Shown here: positions 9,017 through 18,192 of the stretch, in pieces | Numbering within the stretch: position 1 is the first letter of the stretch | Layout: each line of letters begins with the position of its first letter | IMG/VR virus record: IMGVR_UViG_2061766007_000877 | DNA: 21,914 bases | DNA from: an uncultured virus (IMG/VR IMGVR_UViG_2061766007_000877) | Taxonomy: Duplodnaviria > Heunggongvirae > Uroviricota > Caudoviricetes | Reading direction: 5' to 3' (one strand) | The notes under the pieces: generated by a model | The model's input: only the letters and a program-made list of their open reading frames with translations | Database searches by the model: none | Told to the model about the DNA's origin: nothing | Position numbers and translations under genes: made by a program

Positions 9017-9934
9017 TTATTGGTAGTACTCTGGAATGTAGTCAGGATCATTTTTCTTATCTTTAATAATTCCTCTGATACATTTTAGTCTCCATTCAAG
9101 ATCAAGTTTATCATGTCTCCAAAGTGGGCCAAGAACTGTACGACGACCTCTTAAAGCTTTTCTACACATATCAAGGTCTTTTACTGTTTTAGCTTCTAAT
9201 GATTGCAGTTGGTCTATATCATAATGCCATACAGTATGTAAGAACTCATCATCCTCGCCCATTGCAAGAACACCCGTGTCCCAAGGACTCATTGGGCTAC
9301 CTTCACTAACCAATCTTTCTAATCGTGTAATTCTTTCTTCAAGAGTTTGTCGCATTCTTCTCCTCCTAGAATATCTTTCTACCTTACCATACACTTTATA
9401 GATTTGTCTCTTAAGTGTTTCATATAGAATATCACTATCACTTGCAGATCCTGGAGGAATCATTGACAGGCAACCATCTTTATCATCATTAAGTAAACAA
9501 TTACGCACCTTTGTTGCACTAACATCTTTCTCAGGATCTCGTTGTACTTCAATTACTTCGAAGTCATCAGTTAATCCAGCACGATCATGATATCTTGCAG
9601 CTTTAACTGAATATTCAGGATATCTGTCTGTCCCACATGTCCATGCTGCGATTTGGTAATTGTGGTCGCGTAAAATTTCACCTGCCTTAACAATGTCTGC
9701 ACTAGGAACAGTAACAACCTCTGCTATATAAGGATCATTTGTGAAAAGATTGTTATAAAGACTAATAAGCATATCACTTGGGAAAGGATGTCTCTCATCT
9801 ACTTTAAACTCTGGCACATTGATCATGCACACTACTGTCCTCAACCCTTTCTTACGCATTGCAGCTACTGCACAAGAATAGTGACCAGTTGTGAATGGCT
9901 GAAAACGACCGATAACTATATTTACCTTCTCCAT
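9017..9934 (-). CDS. Cytidylyltransferase-like (HIGH-superfamily) nucleotidyltransferase with an extra C-terminal module
   Basis: GRFQPFTTGH (H/TxGH motif), CGTDR, VSATKVR; then TLEERITRLERLVSE and about 95 further residues. Confidence 0.8.
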   Translation of the reverse strand: MEKVNIVIGRFQPFTTGHYSCAVAAMRKKGLRTVVCMINVPEFKVDERHPFPSDMLISLYNNLFTNDPYIAEVVTVPSADIVKAGEILRDHNYQIAAWTCGTDRYPEYSVKAARYHDRAGLTDDFEVIEVQRDPEKDVSATKVRNCLLNDDKDGCLSMIPPGSASDSDILYETLKRQIYKVYGKVERYSRRRRMRQTLEERITRLERLVSEGSPMSPWDTGVLAMGEDDEFLHTVWHYDIDQLQSLEAKTVKDLDMCRKALRGRRTVLGPLWRHDKLDLEWRLKCIRGIIKDKKNDPDYIPEYYQ

Positions 9935-10008
9935 TATTCAAATCTCCGTCTATGCTGTGTATATTTGTAATAGCTTTACTAATTTAGATATTAAGCAGGA
10001 GAGATTGT

Positions 10009-10494
10009 ATGAAAACTAATAAGATGCTTCCTGTTCTTGACAAAGATCAAGTTGCTAACACAAAGTGGGTTTTCTGTATTCAGAAAATTACACAATACGA
10101 TGACGGTGGGATTGATCCATATTTAGACTATGTTGGTGCATGGGATTCTGATACAGGTGAAATTGACAAAGCCATGCAAGACATGTATAANNNNNNNNNN
10201 NNNNNNNNNNNNNNNNNNNNNNNNNNNNNNNNNNNNNNNNNNNNNNNNNNNNNNNNNNNNNNATGTAAAATGGAAGTCATTGATGAAATGAAAGATCACT
10301 TTGGCAAAGATGATTACAAAACGCTACGTTGCACAGAATGTGGAGGCACGATTCAATATGGCGATGATTTCTTGACAGATAAAGATACTGGAAAAATATA
10401 TTGTTGTTCAGATTGCTTTGTTAAAAGTCATAATGTAATACAACATGAAATGGACAATGATGATTATAGAAAATATTTTTGGTTGGAGAAATAA
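10009..10494 (+). CDS. Hypothetical protein with C-terminal zinc finger
   Basis: CTEC...YCCSDC; AGGAG RBS. Confidence 0.72.
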   Translation: MKTNKMLPVLDKDQVANTKWVFCIQKITQYDDGGIDPYLDYVGAWDSDTGEIDKAMQDMYXXXXXXXXXXXXXXXXXXXXXXXXXCKMEVIDEMKDHFGKDDYKTLRCTECGGTIQYGDDFLTDKDTGKIYCCSDCFVKSHNVIQHEMDNDDYRKYFWLEK

Positions 10495-10495
10495 T

Positions 10496-11221
10496 ATGAC
10501 CAGAGAAGAAGCTGAACGGATTATTAGAGAGTACATACCTCAAAAGCCAACTGCATATTATTACCATGACCCATACGATGATGGAAAATATTGTGGCAGT
10601 GGATGGCGTTNNNNNNNNNNNNNNNNNNNNNNNNNNNNNNNACTTATCGAGCGTGATAAAAACTGTAAGCCGTATGTCACAGATGATGAAATTGGTGTAA
10701 GTGAAGAAGATGCTAAATTTAATGCTGAAATGGAAAAGCGATTTACGGATCTAATGAATAGAGGCAATAAAACAAACTCTGCTATTGAAGAATACCGTAA
10801 GAAGAACTCACACTACTATTCAATGGTTACAGAATATCTTGGAGATCAAATAACTGTTATTCCAATGACATACATGTCAGAATGTGAGTTTAAAGAAAAG
10901 GCAAGAGGCGTTTGTGATAGATTAGGATTAAGAAATTGCCATGTATATTGTTATAACAATAAAGATGATGTGAAGGGAAAAGAAGTTTACGGTTATAGCC
11001 CATGGTGTTCAAATTCAATTGATTCAACTAGTGCAGACGCATGTGATAATGTAATTAGATTCTGTGATAAGTTTGAAAAATATGCTAAGAATGTAGATAA
11101 AGATCTTTTAAATAAAACTATAAATGAAACAAGACATGCAATAGCAACTTTGAAGTTGCTTGCAAATGTTGATTACATTAATCGTATTAAAGAATATTCA
11201 CAGCAATATGATGAGACTTAG
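10496..11221 (+). CDS. Hypothetical protein
   Basis: Start reassigned to ATG 10496 (GGAG RBS, directly after the previous stop): MTREEAERIIREY... Confidence 0.72.
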   Translation: MTREEAERIIREYIPQKPTAYYYHDPYDDGKYCGSGWRXXXXXXXXXXXLIERDKNCKPYVTDDEIGVSEEDAKFNAEMEKRFTDLMNRGNKTNSAIEEYRKKNSHYYSMVTEYLGDQITVIPMTYMSECEFKEKARGVCDRLGLRNCHVYCYNNKDDVKGKEVYGYSPWCSNSIDSTSADACDNVIRFCDKFEKYAKNVDKDLLNKTINETRHAIATLKLLANVDYINRIKEYSQQYDET

Positions 11222-11230
11222 AGGTGCGTC

Positions 11231-11401
11231 ATGCAGGAAACACAAATAGAAATATTGAAACGTAATGTTAAGACAGGTGAATATGTTGTTGTAGGCTATG
11301 AAGATAGTTATTCTCGTGAACTATGTAATAGACTGCACGACTTATCTGAACAAGACAGCAATTACAGATATGAAATAAGAGTGGTTGGTAAACAGTTATG
11401 A
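11231..11401 (+). CDS. Small hypothetical protein, 56 aa (absent from the ORF track)
   Basis: GAGGTG RBS; MQETQIEILKRNVKTGEYVVVG...VVGKQL*; ATGA overlap with the next gene. Confidence 0.7.
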   Translation: MQETQIEILKRNVKTGEYVVVGYEDSYSRELCNRLHDLSEQDSNYRYEIRVVGKQL

Positions 11402-11595
11402 AAGTAAAAGAGTTGATTGAACAATTGCAAAAACTAAATCCTGAGCATGATGTAAAAGTTGTTGCTTACAATGAAAACGCACGCTGCGATAAAAAATGCA
11501 ATGTCACTGAAGCACATGAGTCAGCTTATTACAGAAATATAAATGACAATGACTTATACCATTATGTCGTAATAAATTATAGTTTTAAGGACTAA
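11398..11595 (+). CDS. Small MKVKELIE-family protein
   Basis: MKVKELIEQLQKLNPEHDVKV. Confidence 0.75.
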   Translation: MKVKELIEQLQKLNPEHDVKVVAYNENARCDKKCNVTEAHESAYYRNINDNDLYHYVVINYSFKD

Positions 11596-11596
11596 C

Positions 11597-11986
11597 ATGA
11601 ATCCTAAATGGTTGTATCGTCTAGAGGCAAAAGACCCTAACAACGGTTTGTGGTATAACACAAATGCTGAATTGGTTTGGGGCATAGGCAAAATAAAAGA
11701 TTGCGAAACAAAGTATTTACCTATGGATTATGATGAGCGTTATCATAAAGATGGTAAGATTTGGCATTCATCTTGTTCAAACAAAGAAGATCTTTCTCAC
11801 TGGTACTCACTTGAAGATGCAAAAGAACTTATTGCAAATGGATTTGTTTTCACAAGGTATTTAGCAACAGAGTACGTTGAATACGATCTTGAAACAACGT
11901 TTGTTAAAAGCACTTCGTTAAAACGTGAAGAGCTTAACATTGAAGATATTATGGGTGATAGCAATGAAAGTAAAAGAGCTTATTGA
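11597..11986 (+). CDS. Hypothetical phage protein
   Basis: 129 aa ORF, AAGGA RBS. Confidence 0.78.
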   Translation: MNPKWLYRLEAKDPNNGLWYNTNAELVWGIGKIKDCETKYLPMDYDERYHKDGKIWHSSCSNKEDLSHWYSLEDAKELIANGFVFTRYLATEYVEYDLETTFVKSTSLKREELNIEDIMGDSNESKRAY

Positions 11987-12152
11987 GGAATTAAAAGGAT
12001 TTGATGGTGAACTTGAAGTAGTTACATGGTCAGATTATGATGAATGTGGTAATGGCACTATTGATGAAGTTAGACTACATAACGTGTTTGATGGAAATGA
12101 AACAGGAAACGATAGCGTAATGATTCGTTTTGAGTGGGATGGGGATATTTAG
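11964..12152 (+). CDS. Small MKVKELIE-family protein
   Basis: Start reassigned to 11964 (GGGTG RBS): MKVKELIEELKGFDGELEVV. Confidence 0.75.
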   Translation: MKVKELIEELKGFDGELEVVTWSDYDECGNGTIDEVRLHNVFDGNETGNDSVMIRFEWDGDI

Positions 12153-12154
12153 TA

Positions 12155-12418
12155 ATGAGTAATAAATGCTGCAAGTGTGGAAAATATGCGAAATTCTATA
12201 ATGAATGGAGATATGCAGACAAAGACACAGATAGAATTTATTATTGTACTGATTGTGCCATAGAGCAATCTTATCGTGAAGGGAAGATTGATGATGGCCA
12301 CATTATTAAACACTGCAGCAGATGTGGTGCATCACTTACAAACGGATGTTATATACTAAGTAGTGATTACTGTTGTGCTGATTGTTTTGTTACAGGTCTT
12401 GGATACGATATGGAGTAA
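12155..12418 (+). CDS. Double zinc-finger protein
   Basis: Two CxxC...CxxC units (CCKC/CTDC; CSRC/CADC); start ATG 12155. Confidence 0.72.
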   Translation: MSNKCCKCGKYAKFYNEWRYADKDTDRIYYCTDCAIEQSYREGKIDDGHIIKHCSRCGASLTNGCYILSSDYCCADCFVTGLGYDME

Positions 12419-12420
12419 TT

Positions 12421-12783
12421 ATGAGCGGATATGTTTCAAACTTTCTTGACTATACTGTTGATTATCTAAACAGGTGGAAAATAAATGGTAAGCAAGTAAC
12501 AGAGAATGATATTATTTCTGTTCAAGTAGGAAGTGATATAGTAACTTGGGAATGTTTCAAAGAATCAATAAAAGATATTCTGTGGGACACAGATGATAAT
12601 GATAATCTAATCATTGGTGATATTCAAATTTATGGTAAGAACTTTATCATGTATCTTGAACATGATAGTGAATATGAGAGCTACTCTTGGGATTCTTTAT
12701 TCATACCAGATAGTTTAGAGCCAAACAAAGAAATTAAACATGTGAATGTTCGTCCAGAAGATTACATAGAAGACGAGGATTAG
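12421..12783 (+). CDS. Hypothetical protein, paralogue of 8306-8653
   Basis: Start 12421 after GGAG: MSGYVSNFLDYT...TWECFKESIKDILWD. Confidence 0.8.
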   Translation: MSGYVSNFLDYTVDYLNRWKINGKQVTENDIISVQVGSDIVTWECFKESIKDILWDTDDNDNLIIGDIQIYGKNFIMYLEHDSEYESYSWDSLFIPDSLEPNKEIKHVNVRPEDYIEDED

Positions 12784-12784
12784 T

Positions 12785-13095
12785 ATGAAAGATTTAAAAG
12801 AAATATATTCTCCAGTCTATGGTTGTACTACACTTGATGATAAGTACGCGGACGATGATAGAAAAGTAATTGATTATGAAACAATGTCTTCAATATGTAA
12901 AGCATTAAAAATTAAACAATTAAAGCTTTTGCACAANNNNNNNNNNNNNNNNNNNNNNNNNNNNNNNNNNATAGATTTTCAGATGAGCTTGACATGAATG
13001 ATAAGGAAGAGCGTAATTGCAAAATCTCAATCATTGAATCATTAAAAGAATTGAACCATGTAGCAGAGTATCTTACAAAGAGGACTTTGTGTTGA
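12785..13095 (+). CDS. Hypothetical protein (joined across the N block)
   Basis: GAGGA RBS; after the gap another frame reads RFSDELDMNDKEERNCKISIIESLKEL...RTLC* to TGA 13095. Confidence 0.6.
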
Positions 13096-13134
13096 TAGCA
13101 GACTTTTATTTGTATTGTAATATTTAAGGAGTAT

Positions 13135-13649
13135 ATNNNNNNNNNNNNNNNNNNNNNNNNNNNNNNTATATGAAAGCGGATCTGTCTTATTTAGTACATT
13201 TATCAAAAAGTGCATCAGACCATAAATACTTTGTCGGCGTGTTCACTGGTCGCTTCAAAGATGTACTATACTTTAGAGACGCATTTGACAATGAAATAGA
13301 ATTGCATATCAAAGATTACTTGTTTAACGATGGCTCATTTCATATTGACTTCATTCCTATAAAAGATGTAAATAATTGGGCATACGATGAGCCTGATGGT
13401 TCTAAAAGTGAGCTGGTTAAATACAAGGGTGTTATAAAGTCTATTGAAAAAGAAAAAGACTTGGTTACATGTACAGCTTTAATAAACCAAGAAAAGAAAT
13501 TTGAAATAGATACAGATGATCTTAATGAGTTTGGAAAAGAACATTTACTAGACACACTAATGTCAGGTAATGCTGTACAAATCGAAGTAACAGAACATAA
13601 AGACAAATTATTGCCTACACTTGTAGCGTGGTATGAAAAGGATGACTAA
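13135..13649 (+). CDS. Hypothetical beta-rich protein
   Basis: TAAGGAG then AT[N] at 13135 suggests the start is partly masked; ORF 13170-13649. Confidence 0.68.
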
Positions 13650-13653
13650 GGTA

Positions 13654-13836
13654 ATGAAAGTAGCAGAACTAATTGAAAAGTTAAAGTCATTTGATGATAA
13701 TCTTGATGTTTTTCTTGATACATATACGCCTGATGGTTTACCTGAAACATCATTGGGTATTTATGATGTAAGACTTGAAAAATATGATAAAGTGAATAAA
13801 CAATATATAAGTATTCTTTATGATTATCCAATGTAG
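13654..13836 (+). CDS. Small MKVKELIE-family protein
   Basis: AAGGT RBS; MKVAELIEKLKSFDDNLDVFL. Confidence 0.72.
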   Translation: MKVAELIEKLKSFDDNLDVFLDTYTPDGLPETSLGIYDVRLEKYDKVNKQYISILYDYPM

Positions 13837-13844
13837 AGGTTTTA

Positions 13845-14635
13845 ATGTGTAAAATAATTGCAGCATATAATTTGCCTGAACCNNNNNNNNNNNNNNNNNN
13901 NNNNNNNNNNNNNNNNNNNNTTGCTTTTATGGTGATGTAGTATATCCTTATGCAACAGAGACTGATTTTAGCAATAGTGTAGGTGTAGGCATTTGGCAAA
14001 CAATAAATCTTAGTGAAAAATTTCCATGGCTTACAACTCCTAATACTTGTTATGTGTACTATGCAGGCGAATGTGAGTGTGGCTTAGAAAAAGTAAAGAA
14101 TGTTTCATTTGTATTTTCGTTTATGGTTGAAAATAACAGATCATTCAATCTTACAATCATGGCAAGTCTATTCAAAAATGATAATCGTCCAACAAATGAT
14201 AATCTTGGTAGACTACTTATTGAAGTAATTGGAAAATCAAATCTACTAACAAATTTCTATTTACTTGATGAAGCACCTGCATGTATGAAAGATAAACTTG
14301 AATATCTTTCTGATTTCAAACGCGCTGTGTATTATGGACATGATGTAATTCACTACCAAAAGTACCTAGGGTGGGACACTGAATTTAACATCTCTGAAAT
14401 TGAGAATTCAATTGATGATTTCCCACAAAAGCATTACTCATTAAAAGTAAAAGATTTAATTAGACAGCTTGGACAATGCGATCCTAATGCAGATGTTATT
14501 CTTTCAAACTGCAGAAACTTCAAACAAGAAAATTATTATCCTATAATGTTAGAAGGACTTAAAGTCAATTGTGATAATGTGTTAGATCAAACACGAGCAT
14601 CGTTGCCTACTGCAAATGTTGTTATACTGTATTAG
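13845..14635 (+). CDS. Hypothetical protein with a C-terminal MKVKELIE-like module
   Basis: GAGGT RBS; MCKIIAAYNLPEP[N]CFYGDVVYPY... is continuous with ORF 14054; C-terminal LKVKDLIRQLGQCDPNADVIL. Confidence 0.68.
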
Positions 14636-14660
14636 AGAACACTCATGTTAAAATAACTAA

Positions 14661-14695
14661 ACCCTCTATGTATATTTTCCATATACATAGAGGGT
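14661..14695 (+). terminator. Hairpin of the ACCCTCTAT...ATAGAGGGT family
   Basis: 15-bp perfect arms accctctatgtatat / atatacatagagggt, 5-nt loop, followed by atttt. Confidence 0.7.
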
Positions 14696-14714
14696 ATTTT
14701 AGTATGGAGGCAGT

Positions 14715-14965
14715 ATGGATTNNNNNNNNNNNNNNNNNNNNNNNNNNNNNNNNNNNNNNNNNTATCATACGGATATTCAAATAGGCAGGTACCTGAAAGC
14801 GTGTATGAGTTTCAAAATTTGTTTAGATCTATGCTTGCTAATTACATTGAGAATCATGGTTGGTTCGAAAATCAATTTCTTAATCTATGTGTAGAGCATA
14901 TCAATGACATTTCTAATGAGAATTTTGACTTCATGCAAAATTCAACGTACAAAATGAAGGAATAG
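14715..14965 (+). CDS. Hypothetical protein of about 80 aa (absent from the ORF track)
   Basis: GGAGG RBS; MD[N]SYGYSNRQVPESVYEFQNLFRSMLANYIENHGWFENQF...YKMKE*. Confidence 0.62.
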
Positions 14966-14966
14966 T

Positions 14967-15413
14967 ATGGCAAGTCACGATACAATAAGAAAAGTAAGAT
15001 TCAAATGTATGGATCTTAATGTTGTTGTAAAAGGCACAAATAGACTGTACACACGGGCATTAGGTGAATCTATTATAGAACGATTCAAAAGTGATTCATA
15101 TTTTAGAGAGCATTTGTTTTGTGTACTAGATCTTAACAATAATGGCGGTTATATTAGCTATCCTGATATTGTTGGAGTAATTACAGATATTACACTTGAT
15201 GATGCAACGATAGGGTCAGAAAGCCTTATCGCTGAATTAACGATTATAAATACATCAGGTGGCCGTATACTTGATAAGGCATTAGACACACTTTCATTAC
15301 GTCTATATCCAATTGGCTATGCTGATGAAACAAATGTAGACGGCATTGAAATAATGACAAGTAATTCTTATGACTTAATTGGGTTTACAATAGGACCTAC
15401 TATAAAGAGGTAA
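14967..15413 (+). CDS. T4 gp21-like prohead protease homologue, catalytic residues apparently lost
   Basis: By-eye alignment to remembered family motifs: NRLY; LFCVLDL (vs LGELxHP); VITDI; IAELTIINTSGGRIL (vs GxxxILDTPxGxIL); LYPIGYA (vs VSSRGxG); YDLIGFTI (vs FxLxxxD). Confidence 0.55.
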   Translation: MASHDTIRKVRFKCMDLNVVVKGTNRLYTRALGESIIERFKSDSYFREHLFCVLDLNNNGGYISYPDIVGVITDITLDDATIGSESLIAELTIINTSGGRILDKALDTLSLRLYPIGYADETNVDGIEIMTSNSYDLIGFTIGPTIKR

Positions 15414-15417
15414 TAGC

Positions 15418-16207
15418 ATGGACATACATGATAAATTTATCAGGTACATGTGTGGAGAAACTAATAATGATGTATCATATTCAGCAAGTACTGACAACGA
15501 CAAATACGTTGACAGTTTGAAATATAGAAATGAGATTGAAGCATTTGCAAGATTGAAAGGTACATCTATTCCTGACTTGTACAACACTGAAATAAATGAA
15601 AAAGTAACGGCTGCATTAGGTGAAGTATATCCTGATAACTTTGATGCTGATCTATCAATAGAAAATCCTGGTGGAAGATTCAATGAGCTGCTAAGCAAAA
15701 TTGAATCAGACACAGATTTAGTGATGAAAATTGATAACCCTACTTTTGACGATGTAATAAAACAAAACAGCCATCTTTCATGGGACGCATATTTTATGAA
15801 CATCGCAATTTTAACATCTCTTCGTAGTAAAGATGAAAATACAAAAGTAGGTTGTATCATTGTTGATTCAAAGAATAGAATCGTTGGTACAGGATATAAT
15901 GGATTACCTTCACATATTGATGAGTCACAGTTCCCAACAGGCAGAGATGGTGAACTTCATAATACTAAATATGCCTACGTCATACATGCGGAAGCTAACG
16001 CGTTATGCAATTCACCGGTATATGATTTAACAGGATCAAGAATTTATTGTACTCTATTCCCATGCTGTCATTGTGCTGCATTGTTATTGCAAAAAGGAAT
16101 CTCTGAAATAGTTTACCTTTCTGACAANNNNNNNNNNNNNNAGTAGAAAATTATTTAATGCAGCAGGCGTCACTGTAAGGCAATACAATGACACAATTCT
16201 TTTATAG
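15418..16207 (+). CDS. dCMP deaminase with an N-terminal extension of about 115 aa
   Basis: WDAYFM, RSKD..TKVGC, TGYNG, HAEANA, TLFPCCHCA zinc motifs; after the N block SRKLFNAAGVTVRQY...* ends at TAG 16207. Confidence 0.92.
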
Positions 16208-17659
16208 ACGACTTATCAATTTTGAAGTTACACTATTGAGATCATCTGCAAAATTAATGTATAATCTATCAAGTTTTGTCTTTCTATGATTTGTTGCAAG
16301 TTCTTTATACATTTCAGTATATGAGTTATTATCATTACCAAATAGTTGGCGTGGTGTTAAATCCCATCCTACATTCAACTGTGAAACAGTAAGATGAATA
16401 ATTGAACTGTTTGAAATTGCATTATCACTTAATTCGACATCCGGGGTTTCCATATTGACATATATCTTGTAAGATGCCTGTTGCTTTTTAGAATAGCAAT
16501 TAAATTCAAAACTTACATCAAACATATCATCTGATGTATATTTTGAACAGGCATCTTTTATTTCCGCTGCTATATNNNNNNNNNNNNNNNGTGATGCGAT
16601 ATTCTTAACAACTTTATCCTGTAATTTTTCAATAAGTTTCAAAGTAGTTCTTATGAAATAATTTCTAAATTTCAATGGAGACATTTTTTCAAATCGTTCT
16701 GCAGCGCTGGATTCTTTTGAACCTTCAACAACTATTGATTTTACTATATCCCAAAAATTAGAATCATAGTCAGTGTCACTCAATTCATTTAGAGAATCAT
16801 ACACATTTGAAATAAATTCATCAAATGTGATATTGCCACCATCTGAACAAGCGCGTGAAAGATACTGTAATGACACTTTATTTATATACTTTGATTTTAC
16901 AATGCTGCGCTGAACATCAACATCACGACCGAATGTTTGTGTAAACGCATTGAACTCTGTTCTACTCCATAACGAATATAAAATGTTAAGTGCTAATTCA
17001 AGCCCATACTTATCAGCATTGTCGATGTTTAATCCTGTAAAATGATTGACTCTTGCAGCATTAGGTTGATCCATTACATGTGTGAGTTCATGCAAAATTG
17101 TCTTGATTGCAAATACGGCATCTATATTCAAAGTCTTTTTAACTGATGTATTTGAATCCGATATATCAGCCATAATTTCATCGACGACATAACGATACTT
17201 CTGTTTCAGTTTGTTAGTTTCTTTACTTATTGAATTATAATTGTTTGTATGTAACCATCCATCTAATTGGTGTAGTTCATCAGTATAGTCATCACAGATA
17301 TTGTTAAATCTGCTGTTTAACGATTTGCTAACAAAAGGTGATGTTTTGAATGACACAGGGATATAGGCATATACTTTATCGTATGCAGTAACACCATCTA
17401 CATCATCAGGCCCAATAAAATTATCATCACTTATTTTACTGTTCGGGTTTCCACTTTCCCTATCATAATAGAACAGAGTAATTACGCACTGCAAATCTCT
17501 ATCGGATATCTCACGGGTTGTCATAAATACTTTGTACTTGTGCAAGAACAAACTGACTATCGGTGAAATTTTATTGAGTTCATTTATCTCGTCTAAAATA
17601 GCATCCCTAATCTTTCCTTCGTATTCTTGCAATGAATATTTTTCGTATATGTATTTCAT
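16202..17659 (-). CDS. HExxH zinc metallopeptidase-like protein with MKYIYEKY...LQE leader
   Basis: ILHELTHVMD plus downstream TEFNA (candidate third ligand); 485 aa; GGAG RBS. Confidence 0.68.
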   Translation of the reverse strand: MKYIYEKYSLQEYEGKIRDAILDEINELNKISPIVSLFLHKYKVFMTTREISDRDLQCVITLFYYDRESGNPNSKISDDNFIGPDDVDGVTAYDKVYAYIPVSFKTSPFVSKSLNSRFNNICDDYTDELHQLDGWLHTNNYNSISKETNKLKQKYRYVVDEIMADISDSNTSVKKTLNIDAVFAIKTILHELTHVMDQPNAARVNHFTGLNIDNADKYGLELALNILYSLWSRTEFNAFTQTFGRDVDVQRSIVKSKYINKVSLQYLSRACSDGGNITFDEFISNVYDSLNELSDTDYDSNFWDIVKSIVVEGSKESSAAERFEKMSPLKFRNYFIRTTLKLIEKLQDKVVKNIASXXXXXXIAAEIKDACSKYTSDDMFDVSFEFNCYSKKQQASYKIYVNMETPDVELSDNAISNSSIIHLTVSQLNVGWDLTPRQLFGNDNNSYTEMYKELATNHRKTKLDRLYINFADDLNSVTSKLISRL

Positions 17660-17709
17660 AAATTCATATTCTCCAAAGAAGCATTTATGATTTTAGATAT
17701 GTATCGCGT

Positions 17710-18192
17710 ATGAAAACCATTATCGTTTGTGCACTTTTCTGTTGTGGAAAAACCTATACATGCAACACGTGTGATAGATACAAAATTGTTGACGTAGATG
17801 AAATGGTAAAACCGCATCCACAATCAGTTCCTTCAAATTATAAACACAGCTACTATCGTGACAGCATGATTCCATATATTGAAAAATACAATGGAACATG
17901 TGATTTCATTTTCTTATCTGTTAAAGGCTATATCTTAAAAGAACTACAAGCAAACAACATTCCATATAGTCTTGTTTATCCTGAGTATTCAAAAGAATGT
18001 AAACGTGAATGGAAACACAGAAATAGAACCCGTAACACCGAATGGTTATGGAGAGACCATCACTCACTTTTCTTTTCAATAATTAAAAATTTACAATCTG
18101 ATCCATTTGCAATTCATAAGTATGAGTTAAATGCAGATCAATATATTTCAGACATCATAGACACAATTTATAAGGATAATGTTTTACTATGA
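17710..18192 (+). CDS. Small P-loop (NMP-kinase-like) protein with an atypical Walker A
   Basis: N-terminal IIVCALFCCGKT, then VDVD and FIFLS...LVYP, resembling small phage P-loop proteins; ATGA overlap with the epimerase. Confidence 0.55.
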   Translation: MKTIIVCALFCCGKTYTCNTCDRYKIVDVDEMVKPHPQSVPSNYKHSYYRDSMIPYIEKYNGTCDFIFLSVKGYILKELQANNIPYSLVYPEYSKECKREWKHRNRTRNTEWLWRDHHSLFFSIIKNLQSDPFAIHKYELNADQYISDIIDTIYKDNVLL

